From a virus (lineage: Duplodnaviria > Caudoviricetes): 64,000 bases of DNA. The notes beneath the pieces are model-generated. The model saw nothing but the letters and a program-made list of their open reading frames with translations. It ran no database searches and was not told the origin of the DNA. Of the stretch, positions 40,104 through 47,969 are shown in pieces (the stretch's first letter is position 1; the number at the start of each line of letters is the position of its first letter). Position numbers and translations under genes: made by a program. The stretch lies in the IMG/VR virus record IMGVR_UViG_3300002098_000034, positions 3,186 to 67,185 of that record, one strand, 5' to 3'.

Positions 40104-41500
40104 TGTCCGTATTGGGAGCTATTGCTAAGGCAGTAAAAAACACCGGCAAAGATTTGCTGTTGGCTCTGCTTGGCGGTACAGGTAAGAATAAAGTACCAAA
40201 AGGTCAAGCAAATGAACCTATTGATACTGATGCTTTATCCAAATCCACTCAAGTATTAGGAATGATCTACAAAACGATGCAACGAGCTCGTGAAGATCAA
40301 ATTTCTCAGATGGAAATAGCAAAGAATTTTGATAAAACAAAAGAAAGTGATGAAGAAGATAGAAACAATGAGTTAATCAAGGCACTCACCCTCAAAAGAA
40401 AACCTAAGAAAAAAGAACCACCTAAAAAGGAACCACCCAAAGAAGAAAAGCCTAAGCCTACTACCAAAAAGGATGAAGGTAAAGGAAAACCTACAGAAGC
40501 AAAACCAACCAAAACTACTGAAAAGCCTGCTGAAAAACCTACAGCAGAAAAAGTAACACCCAAAGAAACTCCTAAAGTTCCAGAAAAAAAGGTTACAGAA
40601 GTAAAACCTGAAGCACCAAAGGCACCAGAAAAAGCACCAACACCAACAACACCAAAACCATCAGCAACAAAAGCACCAGGAATTGGAGAAAAAGTTGCTA
40701 TTGGTGTTGCTGGTGGTGCAGCAGCTGCAGGGGCTGGCGTTGTTATTGCAGCTCTAACTGAAGCCGGTCTTTCCAAAAAAGCACAAGCTAATATATTAGC
40801 ACAAGTTAAAGCTGAATCTGATTTTAAACCAAAAAGTGAAAACTTGAATTATACAAAAGCTGAAGGTATTCAAAACACATTTGGCAAAAATCGTATACCT
40901 ACATTAGAATTTGCTCAATCGCTTGTGAGTAAACCAGAAGAATTAGCTAATCATGTTTATGCCAAAACTGACGGCAATTCGGAACCGGGTGATGGGTGGA
41001 AATATCGAGGTAGAGGATTTATACAAATTACTGGAAAAAATGCATATAAAGCTTTGAGTAAATATTTGCAAATGCCTGAATTATTATCAAATCCGGATTT
41101 ATTAAATACTCCAGCAATTGCAGCTAAATCAATTCCATGGTTTTTCTTATCATATAAAGGAAAAAAACCAGAGCAATTGGAAAATATAACAACAGTCAAT
41201 AAAGCGGTTGGTTTTGCAGATAAAAGATTAAAATCTGGTGAAATGGAATCTGAACATAGAGCAAAACTAGCGGAAGAATATTCAAAACAACCTCCAGCAA
41301 GCCAAGCATCTACAGCAGCACCTACAACCGGTACTCAAATAGACCAAGCATCTAAAGAAAACAAAGATATGAAGAAGGCTGCCGATGTGAAGCAGCAGAT
41401 TAATGTAAATAATAATAGTTCGACACAAAACCAGTCCACTACCAGTCAACCGGCAGCTGCTGATGATTATGACGATAGAAACCCACATCAGAAGAAATAA
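40103..41500 (+). CDS. Hub/tape-measure-like protein with GH19 lytic glycosidase domain
   Basis: Lys/Pro/Glu-rich linker then AQVKAES....ENLNY, GN...GDGWKYRGRGFIQITGK.NY-like GH19 motifs. Confidence 0.8.
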   Translation: MSVLGAIAKAVKNTGKDLLLALLGGTGKNKVPKGQANEPIDTDALSKSTQVLGMIYKTMQRAREDQISQMEIAKNFDKTKESDEEDRNNELIKALTLKRKPKKKEPPKKEPPKEEKPKPTTKKDEGKGKPTEAKPTKTTEKPAEKPTAEKVTPKETPKVPEKKVTEVKPEAPKAPEKAPTPTTPKPSATKAPGIGEKVAIGVAGGAAAAGAGVVIAALTEAGLSKKAQANILAQVKAESDFKPKSENLNYTKAEGIQNTFGKNRIPTLEFAQSLVSKPEELANHVYAKTDGNSEPGDGWKYRGRGFIQITGKNAYKALSKYLQMPELLSNPDLLNTPAIAAKSIPWFFLSYKGKKPEQLENITTVNKAVGFADKRLKSGEMESEHRAKLAEEYSKQPPASQASTAAPTTGTQIDQASKENKDMKKAADVKQQINVNNNSSTQNQSTTSQPAAADDYDDRNPHQKK

Positions 41501-41503
41501 CAA

Positions 41504-42661
41504 ATGGCTAAAATATCAGAACAAACAAAAGACGCTGTTGTTGAACTTACAGGCAAATTTTCCAAAGATTTTGTAAAAGTCGCTTCAGGTAAAAAAACTG
41601 CATCTAAACAAAAGGATGTTTCTTTTTCAGGTAAAGCAAAAGAAGTTAAATCTGACAGTAAAACTGCATCTAAAATTAAACCTTTGAAACAAGGTAATGA
41701 ACTTATCGATATGCTCCTGAAGATTTATAACTTCATGGATAAAAACTACAATGACGATAAACTGCGTAGAGAGCAAGAAAACAACTTCAAAGAAGAATCT
41801 CAAATGGAAGCAGGTAAGAGGCATGCTAGACTCTTAAAATCCATTGAGGATTTGAAAAAGAGTTTGAAGGTTGATAAAGGTACTGCAGAAGTTATTCCTG
41901 GTGATGATACTGGTGGCGGAAGTTTATTAGATACTATAGCAAGTGTATTCAATCTTGGCAAAACTGCATTAACCGCATTAGGTTGGCTGGGCGGATTAGT
42001 TGCCTCACCGTTAGGTGTAGGATTAATTGGCGCAGTTGTTGCCGGAACAGTTGGTGCTTGGATGGTTAAACAAATTGCAGCCGATCCACAGGCCGCATTA
42101 AGAGGTGAAGGTGGCATTGGTATGGCTGTTGCCGGCCTAGGATCCGAAGGACAAGGACCTAGTTATGATGAAGAACAAACAAGTAAAGAATTAACAAAGA
42201 AAGCAGAACAGGTAGATAAAAAAGGATTAAAAAAGGCTACACTGGAAGAACTGGAAGCAAAATTACAACAACAGACAGAATTTGGCCACGTTAAAACTCC
42301 TGAATTTGCTGAGTTAACAAAAGAAATAGCATTAAGAAAATCTGAGCAAGCTCCTGATCCGGCTGCACCTTCAGCATCACCATCCGCAGCACCAGCAGCT
42401 GCACCTTCAGCATCACCAGCCGCAGCACCAGCAGCTGCACCTTCCGTACCAGCTTCAGCAAAACTGAATTCTGTTCAAGCAGAAAATAATACTGCTAAGA
42501 TTGATGAGATGGCGGCACCACCAGAAGTTAACATTAATAATTCATCTACCACTTCTTCAACACAAAAACCTACTCCACAACCTAAGAAGAAACTTCCACC
42601 AGTCAGAAATCTGGAAGAAACATTCCAAAAAATGATTGTGTATTCTACAAGAGTCGTTTAA
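41504..42661 (+). CDS. Second hub/tape-measure-like protein
   Basis: Shares L.KIY..M...NF.E helix with 40103 ORF; Ala/Pro/Ser 36-nt repeats at ~42362-42443. Confidence 0.6.
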   Translation: MAKISEQTKDAVVELTGKFSKDFVKVASGKKTASKQKDVSFSGKAKEVKSDSKTASKIKPLKQGNELIDMLLKIYNFMDKNYNDDKLRREQENNFKEESQMEAGKRHARLLKSIEDLKKSLKVDKGTAEVIPGDDTGGGSLLDTIASVFNLGKTALTALGWLGGLVASPLGVGLIGAVVAGTVGAWMVKQIAADPQAALRGEGGIGMAVAGLGSEGQGPSYDEEQTSKELTKKAEQVDKKGLKKATLEELEAKLQQQTEFGHVKTPEFAELTKEIALRKSEQAPDPAAPSASPSAAPAAAPSASPAAAPAAAPSVPASAKLNSVQAENNTAKIDEMAAPPEVNINNSSTTSSTQKPTPQPKKKLPPVRNLEETFQKMIVYSTRVV

Positions 42662-42666
42662 CCAAT

Positions 42667-42690
42667 AAAAAACCCACCTTACGGTGGGTT
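42667..42690 (-). terminator. Rho-independent terminator for gp32 transcription
   Basis: AACCCACC-GTAA-GGTGGGTT then T-run on minus strand. Confidence 0.8.
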
Positions 42691-42716
42691 CTCAAAACTC
42701 ATAACAAAGTTACTAA

Positions 42717-42743
42717 TCAATCTTCTTCAGCAAGTTTACTGAA
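42717..42743 (-). pseudogene. Orphaned original 3' end of gp32 (FSKLAEED*)
   Basis: ttc agt aaa ctt gct gaa gaa gat tga mirrors gp32 terminus FAKLAEED* at 43432-43458. Confidence 0.75.
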
Positions 42744-42745
42744 TG

Positions 42746-42811
42746 TATAAATAAAGATGTAGTTCACGGCTGGCAGGCCCAACTACTCTAACACTTTAAC
42801 GGAGTATCAGC
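42746..42811 (+). promoter_or_regulatory. Late promoter plus structured leader of GIY-YIG gene
   Basis: TATAAATA 42746-42753; stem GTAGTT/AACTAC; TCTAACA; GGAG SD; CAGC-ATG. Confidence 0.75.
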
Positions 42812-43435
42812 ATGAGTATTTATTCTATCTATTGTGCCACCTGTATTGATACAGGAAAATCATATTATGGATTCGATTCTGCTTGGCCCAAGAGAATTGG
42901 TGACCATAAAAGAGAATCAAAGAAAAAAACTAATAATACAAAATTTTACAATGCCATAAGAAAATATGGTTGGGATAATTTTATTTGGAAGTTAGTATAT
43001 CAATCAAAAGAAGATGTTGAAGTAAAGGATTCACACACTTTGAATATTATGGAACCACATTTCATAAAAGAAAATGATACCTTGATAAATGGTTATAACA
43101 TGACGCCCGGTGGTGAAGGTAAAAGAAAAGGTTCGACCGAAAGTCTAGAAACCAAACGAAAAAAGTCCTTATCTCACACAGGTAAAAAACTTAGTGATAA
43201 TCATATAAAGAATATGGTGGAATCTAGAAAAGGTTATAAACATTCAGAAGAAACAAAACACAAATTAAGAGCTGCCAGATTGGGTAAAGAACCTTATAAT
43301 AAAGGTAAATCTGGTTTACAAATTGCTTGGAATAAAAAAACAGCAACTAGAAAATGTTGCTGTTTAGTGTGTAAAACGGAAGTGGATTATATAAATCTAG
43401 GAAGGTATCATAAACACCTTCCCAAGATTGGTTAG
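42812..43435 (+). mobile_element. Free-standing GIY-YIG homing endonuclease with NUMOD3-type repeats
   Basis: SIYSIY..T....GKSYYG, R...H, FYNAIRKYGW.NF, E..FI, NGYN.T.GG, ETKRKKSLSH.GKKLS..H, HSEETK.KLR. Confidence 0.9.
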
Positions 43436-44334
43436 TCCTCCTCCGCCAATTTTGCAAAATAACTGAGATCATCTTCTTCGGATGTATCATCTTTAAAAGG
43501 TGAATCTTCTGCTTGTTTCTTAGTTGAAGTACCCGAAGCAAACTCTTTTGCCTTAACTTGTTCTACGGTTGTGCGTGGTGCTTCACCATTCAAACCGAGT
43601 ACTTTATCAAGACGAGCTTTCAATACATCATATGACTTGAACTCTTTATCACCAACCAACTCTTGTAACGAGAATTCATTCTTCCAAATCTTTTCCAATT
43701 CATCATCATCGGATAACAATGCTGATGGAGAATCGAATTCGGACTTATCATAATTCTGATAACCTTCAACCTTACGAATCTTGAGCTTGAAGTTAGCACC
43801 TTTCCACATATCAAATGGATTGATTGCTTGTTCATCTTCAAACTGAGGATTCATTGCTTCGGTAACCTTATCAAAGATTTTCTTACCGAACTTGAACAAC
43901 TTAATCTTACCTTCGTTTTCTGGATGTTTAGGATCCGAAACGATATACACATTGGCGATATAATTCAATTTACGCTTCTGCTTACGAACTACATCTTTAT
44001 TGGCTTCAATGCCAGAGTTCCATAATGAAGAATTGTGCTCACATACAGGACATTGCTGATTCTTTGTGGTTAAACAGTTGTCGATTAACCAACCACCAGG
44101 TCCTTGGAATCCATGAGAGAAGATTTTAACCCAAGGCAAACCATCTTCGCCATCTTTTTCAGATGCAGGAAGAAAACGGATAGTGGCCATGCCATTACCA
44201 GATTTGTCTACTTCAGGTCGCCAGAAATTATCTGACTTTTCGGATCCACCTTCGGATGTTTTGGAGAGTTCCTCGATTGCTTTGGATAATTTGTCGAGGT
44301 TGCCAGATTGGCGTTTTAGATTTGCGAAACTCAT
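43432..44334 (-). CDS. gp32: Single-stranded DNA-binding protein
   Basis: DKSGNG.A.IRFLP, HGFQGPGGWLIDNCLTT..QCPVCEHN, KFGKKIFDK, NFKLKIRKVEGYQNYDKSEF, acidic tail. Confidence 0.97.
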   Translation of the reverse strand: MSFANLKRQSGNLDKLSKAIEELSKTSEGGSEKSDNFWRPEVDKSGNGMATIRFLPASEKDGEDGLPWVKIFSHGFQGPGGWLIDNCLTTKNQQCPVCEHNSSLWNSGIEANKDVVRKQKRKLNYIANVYIVSDPKHPENEGKIKLFKFGKKIFDKVTEAMNPQFEDEQAINPFDMWKGANFKLKIRKVEGYQNYDKSEFDSPSALLSDDDELEKIWKNEFSLQELVGDKEFKSYDVLKARLDKVLGLNGEAPRTTVEQVKAKEFASGTSTKKQAEDSPFKDDTSEEDDLSYFAKLAEED

Positions 44335-44411
44335 TTGTTACCTTCTTTCGTATTAACGGTGTGTGAACGGAATATAAACTACTATCAAATTACTACTCAT
44401 AATCAACTGCT

Positions 44412-44440
44412 AGTATATCACTTTATTTAGGCTTAGTCAA
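44412..44440 (-). promoter_or_regulatory. Sigma70-type promoter for gp32
   Basis: TTGACT-17 nt-TATACT. Confidence 0.78.
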
Positions 44441-44933
44441 GATATATTTTCAATATTGCCATAGTATCTGGCCAATTTTTATGAAGTATGCCAATACCGC
44501 CTGCTGCGTTCCATTGGTCAATTACCGATGGAGTATCATCAATGATAATCTTATCTGGGGCTGCGTATTGTTGTTTCAATCTCTTACCGGCAACAAAGAT
44601 TGGATTGAATGTAATACCTTTTGTCTGCAACCAAATCATTTTCTGTTTGGAGATATCATCGTATCTTTCCTCAGTAGCCGTAGAAGATAGAATCTGTGTC
44701 GGTACATTGGCTTTACGGAGAAAATTGATTCCATTCATTGCATCGGGCATTAGATCCAATGTTGCAAATTGATTGGTAGCAATAAACTCATTGAAGTAAT
44801 GGTCAAACTTTTTGTTCTTCTCTGCTTCTCTTGGCTCCATACCATAGAGTTCTTTGTATCGTTTTACAAAGTCAGCAATTACCCCATCCATATCGAGGTA
44901 AATACAACTAATTTTTGGCTTTTGCATCTGCAA
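44433..44933 (-). CDS. 5'(3')-deoxyribonucleotidase-like HAD phosphatase
   Basis: IYLDMDGVIADF, ILSS, K..W, IIIDD...IDQW.AAGG.GILH. Confidence 0.88.
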   Translation of the reverse strand: MQMQKPKISCIYLDMDGVIADFVKRYKELYGMEPREAEKNKKFDHYFNEFIATNQFATLDLMPDAMNGINFLRKANVPTQILSSTATEERYDDISKQKMIWLQTKGITFNPIFVAGKRLKQQYAAPDKIIIDDTPSVIDQWNAAGGIGILHKNWPDTMAILKIYLD

Positions 44934-45522
44934 TTCTTTCTCTTAATATATCTTGGAACTTCTGAATCTTGTATTGGTCAAATATAAAGGGTTGGTACTT
45001 TCTCAACTTTAATTCCCATTCTGGCCATACAATATCTTCTTGTATTTGTTTTTTCCAATTAGGTAAGAAACCCATTATCATATTCATATACAGCAATGTT
45101 TCAATATGAATCTTACCTTGCATTAATTCTTTTAATAAATTCGGATAGTTACCCACTATCTTAAACATTTCACCTGGTGCGTATGTGTCGAATAAGTAGG
45201 TTACATCATTCTCAAAGGTGTATGTTAAGGACTCTTGGGTCTTTTTCCATTTGGTGTAATTATCATCACCATTCTGAATCAAATCTCCCACCCAATCTGC
45301 ATTACCTTGAATAAAATTAGCAATATAGAAATTCTTTAATTCTTCCAATTCATACTTGCGTGATAGCTTGTAGAATTGGTACTTGTCCTTGCGAACTGTG
45401 AAGGACTGTTTAGATACATTGGTCTTATATGAATATTTAATTGCATCATAAGAATCGGATGTGAAGTGGAGTTTCAGAGCATTCCATAGAGCATATGCCG
45501 CAAAACCTGTATTTTCGGTCAT
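44908..45522 (-). CDS. gp59: Helicase loader
   Basis: ALKLHFTS.SYD..KY, RKDKY.F.KL, G.I..ETL; between gp33 and gp32. Confidence 0.88.
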   Translation of the reverse strand: MTENTGFAAYALWNALKLHFTSDSYDAIKYSYKTNVSKQSFTVRKDKYQFYKLSRKYELEELKNFYIANFIQGNADWVGDLIQNGDDNYTKWKKTQESLTYTFENDVTYLFDTYAPGEMFKIVGNYPNLLKELMQGKIHIETLLYMNMIMGFLPNWKKQIQEDIVWPEWELKLRKYQPFIFDQYKIQKFQDILRERIADAKAKN

Positions 45523-45740
45523 ATTGGCAATTTAGAACTTTTCTTCAACAAATTCAAACCTTGTGCTTCTTCACGAATCTTTGCTTTAAGTGCAGCAGAA
45601 ATTAGAGTTGATGCTACTTCAATTTCTAATCCAGTTTCTTTACAATGGTGACAGATAGCATCCATCAATCCAAGTTTTTTATCAATAGCTATTTTTTCAA
45701 TCAGGATACTAAATTCCTGAATTTCTGTTTTTGTAGGCAT
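45519..45740 (-). CDS. gp33: Late transcription coactivator
   Basis: F...IE......MDAI.H.C...LE.E..S.LI...LK.KI..EA..LNLL.....LPI. Confidence 0.9.
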   Translation of the reverse strand: MPTKTEIQEFSILIEKIAIDKKLGLMDAICHHCKETGLEIEVASTLISAALKAKIREEAQGLNLLKKSSKLPI

Positions 45741-45903
45741 TCAATACTTCCATTAAGTTATCAATTTCATCGTCTTCCATAATAATACATTGCGATACTG
45801 TAGGACATAAACCCACACTTTTGGGTTTCTCCTGAATTCTTATCAACATAACACCTGCTTTACCATAATCTCTTATATCAAAAAAAGATTTAAATGTTTG
45901 CAT
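45709..45903 (-). CDS. Small hypothetical protein
   Basis: ORF directly after a consensus sigma70 promoter and AGGA SD. Confidence 0.65.
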   Translation of the reverse strand: MQTFKSFFDIRDYGKAGVMLIRIQEKPKSVGLCPTVSQCIIMEDDEIDNLMEVLNAYKNRNSGI

Positions 45904-45911
45904 TTTTTCCT

Positions 45912-45940
45912 ATTATAATTGTTTTAATGTGTTTTGTCAA
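45912..45940 (-). promoter_or_regulatory. Sigma70 consensus promoter
   Basis: TTGACA-17 nt-TATAAT. Confidence 0.88.
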
Positions 45941-45944
45941 GCGT

Positions 45945-46463
45945 TTAAGTTTCTGAATAAAATATATGATGTCCGATTTGTGTCGTTCTTTTTAATTTCC
46001 AACCAGGACTAACTGAAGTATTATGGTAATATAAAGATTTTGTTTTATAAACCACGTCATGCAAATAAGGTTCCATTAAAGCTTTACGAGCAATGATGTT
46101 ACTCTCTTGCCATACATATTTATCCTTATTTGATGTGTTCGAAACCAATCCAACCCAGCTGAATTGATATACCCCATTATTTTTCTGATATACTACTGAA
46201 CAGATATCCTTTGGAAATTTATAATTATTTACTCTATTAAGTACTACTTGGGCTACAGATAATTTTCCCTCATAAGATTCGGATCCTGCTTCATAATATA
46301 TTGTTTCAGCTAAACATTCAACTTGCTGATTGTAACTTTCAGCTACTTGGCGTTTGACAATAATATCCATAACATTACTGGATAATGTAGGCGTCATGAA
46401 TACAACAGTTAATATACTTAATACGGTTGCTGCTATTTTGGATTTGTGTTTTTTAAACATCAT
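45945..46463 (-). CDS. SleB-like cell wall hydrolase (Hydrolase_2)
   Basis: CLAETIYYEAGSE...GK..VAQVVLNRV...FP..IC.VVYQ, QFSW, LYYH...VSP.W, IGHHIFY; N-terminal hydrophobic anchor. Confidence 0.9.
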   Translation of the reverse strand: MMFKKHKSKIAATVLSILTVVFMTPTLSSNVMDIIVKRQVAESYNQQVECLAETIYYEAGSESYEGKLSVAQVVLNRVNNYKFPKDICSVVYQKNNGVYQFSWVGLVSNTSNKDKYVWQESNIIARKALMEPYLHDVVYKTKSLYYHNTSVSPGWKLKRTTQIGHHIFYSET

Positions 46464-46640
46464 ATCTCCTTGTGATTACGACCGATAATTTGGTCTTGGT
46501 CTCCAATTACGAATTTGATTTTATTATTGTGGAGTGTTAAACATTCGGTGAGCGTCACCGGCGAATTGGCAGAATCCTTATTGCATCGGATTCAGAATTG
46601 TAGTTTTATAAGCGAGTCCTCTTTTATCTAATATGTATCT

Positions 46641-46669
46641 ATTATATAGGCTCGGAGGCGATTTGTCAA
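46641..46669 (-). promoter_or_regulatory. Sigma70 consensus promoter
   Basis: TTGACA-17 nt-TATAAT, ~175 nt upstream of hydrolase ATG. Confidence 0.88.
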
Positions 46670-46671
46670 CC

Positions 46672-47319
46672 TTATTGTGGTAATAAATCGTCTAATAATA
46701 CTTGGTGTTTTTCTACCACAGGTGCGTTATCTGCGTTATCCGCATAATAATAGTGTGTCATTCCGTCAACGATAACTATCTTCCAGTAACCAGTCGGTAT
46801 TGGAATACCATTCATTTTATTATTACCAGAATATACAGCAATATTGACCACATACATATCAGATTTGGATTTGGACAATAAGGTTCTGGTGTGTTCTTCC
46901 AACATTCTCCAAGCCATCCTATTCAATAAAGGTTTCTGTGGTGTCATGTTAGTCATTAGGAAGGTTTCATACATCTCCTTGATACTGGACGCATCTCCAG
47001 CAGGCGCCATATGTCCTTTGTCGTAACCGGTATTTGCATATTGAGATGGGTTGGGTTGATGTCCAATTCTTGCATCGGAATGAAATTGGTCGTTTCTTGG
47101 TACCGAATCTTTATTTGGTTTTAAATGTTCAGCAACCAATATCACCCTTTGGTTCTGTTTATCATATAGTGAAACGAAAAAAGTATTACAAAGTTCTACT
47201 GTACCCTTTACTTCAATGGGTTTATCTGCATACAACTGTGGACAATTTGATGCATGGCTAACACTACAGAATCCTACTCCTGCAGTTACTAATAAAAAGG
47301 ATAATAATAGTTTTTTCAT
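46672..47319 (-). CDS. Secreted DNA/RNA non-specific endonuclease (NucA/Serratia type)
   Basis: Signal peptide; GYDKGHMAPAGD, ETFLMTNM.PQ...LNR.AWR.LE, IPTGYWK. Confidence 0.9.
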   Translation of the reverse strand: MKKLLLSFLLVTAGVGFCSVSHASNCPQLYADKPIEVKGTVELCNTFFVSLYDKQNQRVILVAEHLKPNKDSVPRNDQFHSDARIGHQPNPSQYANTGYDKGHMAPAGDASSIKEMYETFLMTNMTPQKPLLNRMAWRMLEEHTRTLLSKSKSDMYVVNIAVYSGNNKMNGIPIPTGYWKIVIVDGMTHYYYADNADNAPVVEKHQVLLDDLLPQ

Positions 47320-47969
47320 TTTTGATCCTTGTAATATTTAATCGCTTTAACTAAACCATTAATATGATCGGATGTTTTTTGTTGAAAGACCAATGGTGCT
47401 TCATTTTCTACTGCCATGATAATCACTAAATCATCAATCGGTTGCCCAATCATTTCTTCATACATTAACGAATAGGCCGCAGTCTGCCAAAAGTAATCCT
47501 CAATGTGTGAAATGTGTTTAATCTTCTTGGAGGTCTTAAAATCAATTACAGATAATACACCATCAAATTCACCAATACAATCTACACGGCCTGCCATACC
47601 CAATTGTTTAGACCATAAGGCACATTCTTGGTAATGAATGTTGTCTATTCTATTTAGCAATGGTTTAAGTGAACGGAACATTTCAACGGCATCAGGCATA
47701 ATATCACCTAATGAATCATTGTTCAAATACCGTTCACAAAGAGTGTGCACATTGGTACCACGACCTGTGGCTTGCTTAGAGATTCGATTAGCTTCTGCTT
47801 CACCAACTCTCTTACGCCATGCCATGATACCCTCTTTCTTTTGGGCACCAAGTACAGTAGTAACAGAAGGCAAACGAGTACCATCTTCTAATGTGTAATA
47901 ACGCTTACCATCAGGAAATGTTTCGGATTTTAAGTCAACGAGGACTTTGGGAGGGCAGAAGTTAAACAT
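47316..47969 (-). CDS. PD-(D/E)xK exonuclease (conserved in T4-like phages)
   Basis: LPSVTTVL, W.KRVG..EA, RGT..H...E.YL, AGRVDCI.EFDG..SVIDFKTS, Q...Y..MYEE. Confidence 0.88.
   Translation of the reverse strand: MFNFCPPKVLVDLKSETFPDGKRYYTLEDGTRLPSVTTVLGAQKKEGIMAWRKRVGEAEANRISKQATGRGTNVHTLCERYLNNDSLGDIMPDAVEMFRSLKPLLNRIDNIHYQECALWSKQLGMAGRVDCIGEFDGVLSVIDFKTSKKIKHISHIEDYFWQTAAYSLMYEEMIGQPIDDLVIIMAVENEAPLVFQQKTSDHINGLVKAIKYYKDQK

Noticed and set aside
40306-40776. 156-aa antisense ORF
   Set aside because: Shadow of the low-complexity Lys/Pro/Ala linker of the sense gene; no SD or promoter.
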